Shown: positions 28,788 to 36,281 of the stretch, piece after piece
Numbering within the stretch: the first letter of the stretch is position 1
Layout: every line of letters begins with the position of its first letter
Assembly (NCBI GenBank): GCA_036397835.1
Contig: DASWIG010000100.1
Location: forward strand, 67-64,066
Origin: Thermoanaerobaculia bacterium
Lineage (GTDB): Bacteria; Acidobacteriota; Thermoanaerobaculia; Multivoradales; J023
Length of the DNA stretch: 64,000 bases
Direction of reading: 5' to 3'
Notes under the pieces: model-generated
Database searches by the model: none
What the model was told of the DNA's origin: nothing
Seen by the model: the letters and a program-made list of their open reading frames with translations, nothing else
Translations under genes and position numbers: made by a program

Positions 28788-30632
28788 ATGAAGCTCCCCT
28801 ACGGCGTCGCCGACTTCTACAGTCTCCGCACCGAGGGCCAGCTCTACGTCGACCGCACCGACCGCATCCGGACGCTCGAAGAGCTCGGCAAAGCACTGCT
28901 CTTCCTGCGTCCGCGGCGCTTCGGCAAGTCCCTGTGGCTGAGCGTCCTGGCCAACTACTACGACCTGCGCACGGCCGCGGAGCACGAGAGCCTCTTCGGC
29001 GGCCTGGCGATGGGACAAGGCCCCACCCCGCTCGCCCATCGCTACTTCATTTTGCGCTGGGACTTCTCCAAGATCAATCCGGACCCGCCGCCATGGGGCG
29101 TCAATGCCAACGTCGGCTCGCACCACGAGCGGATCGGCAACGAGATCAACGGCTATCTGAACACGATTTTCGAGGTCTTCCAGAGAGACTACCGTGAGCA
29201 TCTGCCGGAGATCGTCGAGCTTCGAGAGGATCCCTTCCACAACCTCGAGCGGCTGCTCTCCGTGATCCGCGAGACGCCCTACCGGCTCTACCTGCTGATC
29301 GACGAGTACGACAATTTCGCCAACGAGGTCCTCGCCAGCGACGAGGAGACCTACAAGGACCTGGTCCACAGTGACGGTCCCTTCAAGTATCTCTTCAAGT
29401 GGGTCAAGGGCCTCATGGCGGGCGCCGGGCTCGATCGCCTCTTCATCACCGGCGTCTCGCCCATGGTGATGTCCGACGTCACCAGCGGCATGAACGTCGC
29501 CGACAACGTCTATCTCACCCCGGAGCTCAATACGCTCTGCGGCTTCACCGACGAGGACGTTCGAGATCTCCTCGAACGGCTCCACGACGAGCGGATGGCG
29601 ACGGCTTCCGGCAGCGGGACGACGGCACCGCCCTGGACGGTCGACGAGGCGTGCGCCATGTTGCGCGATTGGTACAACGGCTACCGCTTCACGCCGACGG
29701 CGGAGGTCGAGACGGTCACGGCAGTCTACAACCCGACTCTGGTGCTCTATTTCCTCACCCGCCTCGAGCGTTACGATGCCTATCCGGAGCAGATGCTCGA
29801 TGCCAATCTGGCTGCCGACGAGGGCAAGCTCGACTATCTCGCGAAGTTCGCCGCGGGCAGGGACGCGGTGGTCGACATGATCCGCAAAGGAAAGCCGCTT
29901 GAAGTAACGCAGCTCCGCGATCGCTTCAGCCTGGCCGACTTGCTCGATCCTTCGGCTCAGGACATGAGCTCTATCGGGGCCTACCTCTACTACTTCGGCA
30001 TGGTGACGCTGGCCGGAAAGACCTCGCGGCGCACCTGGCTCCTGGCGACTCCCAACGAGGTGGTCCGTGGTCTCTACATCGAGCGCATCGCCCGTCTGCT
30101 CCTGCCGCTGGGCGCCGACCGCACCGCCGCCATGGAACCGGCATTGGACCTGATGGAGGGCAAGGCGATCGAGCCCTTCCTCGACTTCATTGAAGGGACC
30201 CTTTTCCCGAGCTTCTCCAATCGCGACGCGACCTGGGCGAACGAGCTGACGGTGAAGACCCTTTTCCTGACCCTGCTCTGGAACGCGGCCAGCTACATCA
30301 CCTTCTCCGAGCCTGAATTGGAACAGCGCTACGCCGATCTCTGCTTGGTGCGGCGCCCCGACGCGCGGGCGTCGAGCCTTTGGGACCTCCTGTTCGAATT
30401 CAAGAGATTGTCCTTGAAGGAGCTCGGCATGAGCGGCGAGGAGGTGAAGAAGGCGCCGCGGGCGGAGCTGATGGCGATGGAGAAGGTCAAGGACGCCCTC
30501 GATCAGTCCGAGGCACAGCTCGTGGCTTACCGGGAAGCCCTCGCCAGGCGCCAGGGCGGCGTCTTGAAGCTGCGCGCCTACGCGGTGGTGGCCCTGGGCT
30601 TCAAGCGTCTCGTTGCCCGGCCGCTGTCCTGA
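28788..30632 (+). CDS. AAA-ATPase-like domain protein with C-terminal PD-(D/E)XK nuclease-like region (DUF1703 type)
   Basis: MKLPYGVADFYSLRTEGQLYVDRT...LRPRRFGKSLWLS is the characteristic N-terminus of this family. Confidence 0.7.
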   Translation: MKLPYGVADFYSLRTEGQLYVDRTDRIRTLEELGKALLFLRPRRFGKSLWLSVLANYYDLRTAAEHESLFGGLAMGQGPTPLAHRYFILRWDFSKINPDPPPWGVNANVGSHHERIGNEINGYLNTIFEVFQRDYREHLPEIVELREDPFHNLERLLSVIRETPYRLYLLIDEYDNFANEVLASDEETYKDLVHSDGPFKYLFKWVKGLMAGAGLDRLFITGVSPMVMSDVTSGMNVADNVYLTPELNTLCGFTDEDVRDLLERLHDERMATASGSGTTAPPWTVDEACAMLRDWYNGYRFTPTAEVETVTAVYNPTLVLYFLTRLERYDAYPEQMLDANLAADEGKLDYLAKFAAGRDAVVDMIRKGKPLEVTQLRDRFSLADLLDPSAQDMSSIGAYLYYFGMVTLAGKTSRRTWLLATPNEVVRGLYIERIARLLLPLGADRTAAMEPALDLMEGKAIEPFLDFIEGTLFPSFSNRDATWANELTVKTLFLTLLWNAASYITFSEPELEQRYADLCLVRRPDARASSLWDLLFEFKRLSLKELGMSGEEVKKAPRAELMAMEKVKDALDQSEAQLVAYREALARRQGGVLKLRAYAVVALGFKRLVARPLS

Positions 30633-30814
30633 GGGTCGCCTAAAGCTCTTTCAAGCCGAGGATTGACCGGGTTGCCCGGCCAGTCCGCGGTGCACGGCAG
30701 GAATCGGCGTCGTCGCGGCCTTGCTGCTCTCGGTGGCGCTGGCGGCGAGCTCAGAAGCCTTCGTGAGGCAATTCCGATCGGCCGAAGAGCATAGAATCAG
30801 TCACGAGGTGCGCC

Positions 30815-31192
30815 GTGCAAGACTCTCCATCCCTGGCCGGCCGGCAGCTCCATCCGCAGGTGGAGGAGCGGTTCGTCCGTGGCGCCCGTGAAGCGGCGAG
30901 GTTCTTCGTGAGCACGTCGAACATCCATGCGGCGCTGGAGCGTCCGGTCGACCGGCTGACGGAGCTGGAGATCCCCTACGCCATCGTCGGCGCTCTGACT
31001 CTCAACGCCTACGGCTACCAGCGGACGACGACCGACGTGGACGTGCTCGTCCGCCGCGACGGTCTGGATGCGTTCAAGAAGGCGCACCTCGGGCGCGGCT
31101 ACGTGGAGAGGTTCCCGGGCAGCAAGGCCCCGGGCGCGCAGCAGGAGCTCCCGAGCGCGCAGCGGACCGCCGACTGGAGCCGCCGCGCCTGA
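30815..31192 (+). CDS. Hypothetical; possibly a truncated nucleotidyltransferase-fold protein
   Basis: IPYAIVGALTLNAYGYQRTTTDVDVLV resembles a minimal NTase G[SA]...D-x-D motif; short. Confidence 0.3.
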   Translation: MQDSPSLAGRQLHPQVEERFVRGAREAARFFVSTSNIHAALERPVDRLTELEIPYAIVGALTLNAYGYQRTTTDVDVLVRRDGLDAFKKAHLGRGYVERFPGSKAPGAQQELPSAQRTADWSRRA

Positions 31193-31264
31193 CGGGTCGC
31201 CTTGTCCCAGACCGGATCCGCGGACAGAATCTTCTCTGCGTCGGGTATCGTCGCGGCCAGGTAT

Positions 31265-32257
31265 CTACGAGCGGACGGTTCGCCCGCATGTCGGATCTGG
31301 CGATGACGGCAAATCCAGCGGCGGCAGAGCACCCTCGATGCGCGCCCGCTCCTTCTCCAGCCACGGCGGCAGCTTGAGCGACGTGCCCAGCGCTTCCGGC
31401 GTCTCGTCGCGGGTGAAGCCCGGCGGATCGGTGGCGATCTCGAAAAGCACGCCGCCCGGCTCGCGGAAGTAGATCGAGCGGAAGTACCGGCGGTCGCGGA
31501 CCTCGGTCACGGCGAGGCCCCGCTCCAGCAGCCGCTCGCGCCAGGCGAGCTGCGCCGCGTCGTCGCTGACCCGCCAGGCGACGTGGTGGACGATGCCCGC
31601 GGCCTGACGGCCGCGCGCGCCGGTGGGATGCTCCACCACGTCGACGCCGGCGGCGTCGGCGCCCGCGCCGGCGACGAAGCGCACCCGGCTGCCCGCCTCG
31701 CCGGCGCGCCGCAGGCCCATGTCGTCGAGCAGGCGCGCCGTGGGCTCGAGGTCGCGCACCGTCAGCGTGACGCCGGCGAAGTTGCGCACGGCGTGCTCCG
31801 CCGCCACCGGACCCCCCGGCCACCAGGGACGCGCGCCGGCGTCGTCCACCTCCACGAGCTCGAGCTCGAGGCCGTCGGGGTCGGAGACGGTGAGCACCTC
31901 GTCGCCGAAGCGCAGTGAGCGGCCGCGGGCCGCCGCGCCCAGACGCTCTTCCCAGAAGCCCAGAGAGCCCGCCGGCACCGCGTACGCGGTGACCGTGACC
32001 TGGCCGAGGCCGCGCTCGCCGCGCGGCGCCCCCGGCCACGCGAAGAAGGTCATGATCGACCCCGGGTGCCCGAGCTCGTCGCCGTAGTAGAGGTGGTAGC
32101 TGCCGGGGTCGTCGAAATTCACCGTCTTCTTGACCATGCGCTGGCCCACGACGTCGGTGTAGAAGCCGACGTTGGTCCGCGGGTCCGCGGCGATCGCCGT
32201 CACGTGGTGGATGCCCAGGATGCCGCCGTCCTGCGGCTCGGGGGTGCTCATCTCCAT
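31265..32257 (-). CDS. VOC-superfamily ring-cleaving dioxygenase (two glyoxalase-like modules)
   Basis: GIHHVTAIAADPRTNVGFYTDVVG and a second GIVHHVAWRV...YFRSIYFREPGGVLFEIATD module. Confidence 0.75.
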   Translation of the reverse strand: MEMSTPEPQDGGILGIHHVTAIAADPRTNVGFYTDVVGQRMVKKTVNFDDPGSYHLYYGDELGHPGSIMTFFAWPGAPRGERGLGQVTVTAYAVPAGSLGFWEERLGAAARGRSLRFGDEVLTVSDPDGLELELVEVDDAGARPWWPGGPVAAEHAVRNFAGVTLTVRDLEPTARLLDDMGLRRAGEAGSRVRFVAGAGADAAGVDVVEHPTGARGRQAAGIVHHVAWRVSDDAAQLAWRERLLERGLAVTEVRDRRYFRSIYFREPGGVLFEIATDPPGFTRDETPEALGTSLKLPPWLEKERARIEGALPPLDLPSSPDPTCGRTVRS

Positions 32258-32275
32258 TCTCCTTTCGCCCGCGGG

Positions 32276-32947
32276 CTACTCCTCGCGCAGCAGCAGCTCG
32301 GCCATCAGGACGTAACGCTCGACGGGATCGAGATCGGGCACCAGGAGGACGCCGTAGAGCTCGGAGCGGCGCTCGCCGCGGGCACGGAAGAGGACCTCGC
32401 CGCCGGGGCCGCGCACCTGGATGATCGGGTCGCCGCGGCCGAAGACGACGCGCCCCAGCTCGGCCCCTCCCTCGTAGCGCACGCGGACGGTCTCGTCGTT
32501 CGGCTGGCGCAGCTCGAAGGCGGGCAGCTCGGGATGGTCCGCCACCAGGATCCGGTGCTTGCCGAAGCGGACCCGCCAGCGCAGCTCGCCCCCAGGCCGG
32601 CGCACGGTCAGGGTCCTCGCCTCGGGGTTGGGCCGCGCCAGTGCCACGGCACCGGCACCGCGCTCGTGGTAGCGGCGCTGCTTGGCGTCGCCGTCGCGGC
32701 GGCCGCGCAGCAGGCGCTGGCGGCCCTGATCGTCGAAGAGGACGGTGACGTCGTCGGCGGTCAGCCGAAAGGTCACGAGGATCTGGCCGTCGTCGGGAGT
32801 GCGGACGTGGATCTTCTCGATCTCGACGGCCGCGGTCTCCGGGGGCGGCGGCGCCTGGTCGCGGCCGCAGGCGGCGAGCGCCGCGACGGCGAGCGCCGCG
32901 GCGGCGGTCAGGCCCACGCGGGCGACGGCGAGCGATCTGAGCTTCAT
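32276..32947 (-). CDS. Lipoprotein (hypothetical)
   Basis: Signal peptide with lipobox LAACG. Confidence 0.55.
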   Translation of the reverse strand: MKLRSLAVARVGLTAAAALAVAALAACGRDQAPPPPETAAVEIEKIHVRTPDDGQILVTFRLTADDVTVLFDDQGRQRLLRGRRDGDAKQRRYHERGAGAVALARPNPEARTLTVRRPGGELRWRVRFGKHRILVADHPELPAFELRQPNDETVRVRYEGGAELGRVVFGRGDPIIQVRGPGGEVLFRARGERRSELYGVLLVPDLDPVERYVLMAELLLREE

Positions 32948-32982
32948 ACCTGGTCTCCTTCAAACGCCGCGACGGCGGTCTT

Positions 32983-34062
32983 CTATTCCCCGCTGATCTC
33001 GGCGATCCACTCCTTGATGCCGTCGTCGAGCCGCCGGCGCTCGCCGTGGCGCTCGCGGGCGATCGCCACGAGGCGGTCGACGAGCGCCGGCAGGGGCACG
33101 CCGGAAAGCTCCCAGAGCCGTGGATACATCGAGATGCGGGTGAAGCCGGGCAGCGTGTTGATTTCGTTGATCCAGACGAGGTCGTCCCCTTCGAGCAGAA
33201 AGTCGACCCGCGCCATGCCCCAGCCGCCGAGGGCGGCGAAGGCGTCGACGGCGAGCTCCCGCAGGCGCCGCGCGAGCTCCTCGGGGAGCTCGGCCGGGGC
33301 GATCAGGCGGGCTTCGTCGGCGAGGTACTTGTCGGCGTAATCGTAGAACTCGCGGCCAGGCACGATCTCGCCGATCGCCGAGGCCTCGAGGGTATGGTGG
33401 CCGAGCACCGCGCACTCGAGCTCGCGGCCGGCGATGCCGCGCTCGACCACCACCCGGTCGTCGAAGCGCAGGGCGAGGCGTACCGCGGTCTCGAGGCAGG
33501 CCAGGCTCGGCACCCGGCTCACCCCCACGCTCGAGCCGCCGACGCTGGGCTTGACGAAGATCGGCGGCGTGAAGCGGCCGAGGCGCGCGAGCACCGCCGC
33601 CGGCGCGCGCTCGAGCTCGCCCTTGCCGACGACCTCGTAGTCCACCACCGGCAGGGCGCGGGCGGCCAGCAACTGCTTGGCGAAGGCCTTGTCCATGGCC
33701 AGCGCGCTCGCGGTCACTCCGGCGCCGGCGTAGGCCACGTCGAACATCTCGCACAGGCCCTGCAGGCTGCCGTCCTCGCCCCAGGTGCCGTGGACGATCG
33801 GGAAGAGCACGTCGACCGCCGCCTCCACGAGCACGCGCAGGGTGCCGGCGACGCGTCGGCCGAGCGGCGCCAGGGCGTCGACCTCGCCGGCGAGAGCGCG
33901 CGCCGCCGCCGCCGGCTCGAGCCAGCAGCCGTCGGCCGCGACGCCGAGGGGCACGACCTCGTGGCCCGCTTCCTCGAGGGCCGCGGCCACGGTAAGGGCC
34001 GAGCTCACCGAGACCTTGTGCTCCACGCTGCGGCCGCCGAAGATCAGTCCGACTCGCGCCAT
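32983..34062 (-). CDS. ddl: D-alanine--D-alanine ligase
   Basis: MARVGLIFGGRSVEHKVSVSSA...FPIVHGTWGEDGSLQGLCE...ATP-grasp motifs...NEINTLPGFT. Confidence 0.9.
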   Translation of the reverse strand: MARVGLIFGGRSVEHKVSVSSALTVAAALEEAGHEVVPLGVAADGCWLEPAAAARALAGEVDALAPLGRRVAGTLRVLVEAAVDVLFPIVHGTWGEDGSLQGLCEMFDVAYAGAGVTASALAMDKAFAKQLLAARALPVVDYEVVGKGELERAPAAVLARLGRFTPPIFVKPSVGGSSVGVSRVPSLACLETAVRLALRFDDRVVVERGIAGRELECAVLGHHTLEASAIGEIVPGREFYDYADKYLADEARLIAPAELPEELARRLRELAVDAFAALGGWGMARVDFLLEGDDLVWINEINTLPGFTRISMYPRLWELSGVPLPALVDRLVAIARERHGERRRLDDGIKEWIAEISGE

Positions 34063-34711
34063 GCACGGGACCCTATCATCTCGCGGGTCATCTCGCGGGA
34101 AAGGGCCTTCAGCGTTGCCAGGCCTCGCGGACCGGCTCCGCGGGGAGCTCCCGGACCGGCCGGCCGGTGGCGCAACTCCTGACGCGTATTAGACGGAGTT
34201 GCACGGGGGATGCCGCCTTCAACGGCGGACGAAGCGGAGGTGGACGCCGAGAATCGACGTCGTCCGCATCCTGAGCCGGGTCGACGTCGCCAGACGCCCT
34301 CGATTGGCCGCTGAAGGGGAGGGGAGGGGGACAAGAGCTCGTCAGACGCCGGAGAAGCGCGTGCGACCGTGGAAGTGTCTCCGGACGGCGGTCGGAGAGC
34401 CTCTCGCGCGATTCCGTCGCCTTCAATCCCGGAATGAGCGGGTTTGACGGGACGAACGGCGCTCGACCGCGGTCGAGCAACGTTGCGCCGAAAACGACCG
34501 CCTTCAGACGCGGTAATCCGTGGAGTTTCCTCGCGCGATGGAGCCGCGACAATCCCGTCGACCTCGGCATCGGCGGCCGACGGCCACGGCCTCGTGGCTC
34601 GGCGCCTGCTCTTGGAACGTCGATTCCGACCCGTCTATTCCGCCCGCCGGCCTGCCCCCGGTTCTTGCAGCAGACTCAGGAGGAACGTCAACGGGGGGAC
34701 GGCTGCCCCCG

Positions 34712-36268
34712 TCATGGGGACGCGGCAGGTGTCGCCCCATGTGGCCCTCGCGCCCCCTGCCAGGCCTCGCGCACGGCCTCTGCCGGGAGCTCGCGGCCGC
34801 CGAGCAGGGCGACCAGCGCCGGGTAGAGCCAGCTCGGGTCGTGGGCCACCGCCTGCACCGCGGCCTCGACGGTAGGGTGGGCGCGCGGCAGCAGGAGCCG
34901 GCCATCGCCGGTGAGGTGGATGCGGCTGCCGCCGGCGCAGAAGTCCACCGCCCGCGGCCAGGGCGCGGCGCCGGCTTGGCGCACGGCGTCGAGGAAGGTC
35001 CGCTCGCCGGCCGCCAGCGCCGCCTCGCCGACCACGCCCCGGCGCAGGCGCTGCCAAGCGTAGGCTAGCCGGCCGAGCACGGCGCCGGCCAGCCGGCGCA
35101 GGGAGCGGCGCGGCCGCGGACGGGCCGGCGGCGTCGTGAAGGCGACGCCGAGGATCTCGCCGAGGAGCGCGCGCTCGGCGTGGCCGAGGAGGAGCAGCGG
35201 ACGCGGCCCGGTGACGTAGAGCCGCGGGTCCTGATCGGCGGCGAGGGCGGCGAGCGGCCGGCCGTCGCCACGGCGGCCGCCGTCGCGGCTCAGCGCCTCG
35301 AGGTCGGCGATCGACGCCCAGCGGCGCTCGCCGCCGGTGAGCGTGGGAAAGACCGGGATGGCCGCGAGCAGGCGGCGGAAGCGGTCGCGGCGCGCCGCCT
35401 CGAGCAGCAGGCGGGCGGCGCGCTCACGGGCGTCGGGTCGCAGGAGCTCGGCGCGCCGCGCGAGCCCGGCGACGAGATCCACCGCCTCCGCGATCAGCGC
35501 CTCGAGAAAGGGCTGGATCGCCTCGCGCATCGCCGCCGGCGACGCTCCCGGCGGCGCCACGCCCGCCATCTCGACCGCCGCCTCGAAGGCGGGATAGCCC
35601 GGCACCGTGGCGCGGGTCGAGATGATGCCGTGCTCGAGCAGCCACAGCCGCGGCGTCTCGCCGTGGGCTGCGAGGGCCAGCACGGCCGGCAGCGGCTCGT
35701 GTACGCGGGTGCGGATCAGCGGCCGCCGGAAGCCGCGGGCGATGGGGCGGCCGGCGATCCGGATCGGCACCGGTGCGAAGCGGCCGTTGCGCTCGAGCCA
35801 CCGCGTCGCCGCCGCCGCGTCGAGCCGCAGCCCGGTGAGCGAGACGGCGAGGCCGGGAGCGCCGCAGCCGTGGCGCAGGCGCGGGCGGCCGCCGGCCGCG
35901 GCGGCGAGCGTCCAGCCTTGCGGCCCGCCGCTCTCCAGCAGCAGGCGCCGCCACGGCAGCGTCGCCAGAGCGGCGAGCGCCAGCGCGCCGCGCTCGTCGA
36001 GGCTCATCAGGGCGCGATGGCGGCTGGCGGCCGGCGCCGCGGCGTCGAGCACGGTGCCGAGGTCGCGGACCACCACCAGGTCGAGACGCGCGCCGGCGGC
36101 GGCGAGCTCGAGGCAGGCCTTGCGGATCCCGAGGTCGACCTCGCTCGCCCCGGCGGCGATCGCCAGCCGCGCCAGCTCGGCCGGGAGCTGCCAGGTGCCC
36201 TGGAGCTGGGCCGGCGCCAGCTTGGCGAGGGCGGCGCCGAAGTCGATCGACAGCCGTACGTCTTTCAT
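34712..36268 (-). CDS. Hypothetical 518-aa protein directly downstream of the GHKL-transglutaminase gene; weak resemblance to a degenerate GHKL/MutL N-terminal segment
   Basis: LPAELARLAIAAGASEVDLGIRKACLELAAAGARLDLVV resembles MutL [32 protein letters not shown], but the N and D of the Bergerat N-box are replaced (L, A); 13-bp gap to the upstream gene. Confidence 0.45.
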   Translation of the reverse strand: MKDVRLSIDFGAALAKLAPAQLQGTWQLPAELARLAIAAGASEVDLGIRKACLELAAAGARLDLVVVRDLGTVLDAAAPAASRHRALMSLDERGALALAALATLPWRRLLLESGGPQGWTLAAAAGGRPRLRHGCGAPGLAVSLTGLRLDAAAATRWLERNGRFAPVPIRIAGRPIARGFRRPLIRTRVHEPLPAVLALAAHGETPRLWLLEHGIISTRATVPGYPAFEAAVEMAGVAPPGASPAAMREAIQPFLEALIAEAVDLVAGLARRAELLRPDARERAARLLLEAARRDRFRRLLAAIPVFPTLTGGERRWASIADLEALSRDGGRRGDGRPLAALAADQDPRLYVTGPRPLLLLGHAERALLGEILGVAFTTPPARPRPRRSLRRLAGAVLGRLAYAWQRLRRGVVGEAALAAGERTFLDAVRQAGAAPWPRAVDFCAGGSRIHLTGDGRLLLPRAHPTVEAAVQAVAHDPSWLYPALVALLGGRELPAEAVREAWQGARGPHGATPAASP

Positions 36269-36281
36269 CGGCGCACGTCCT

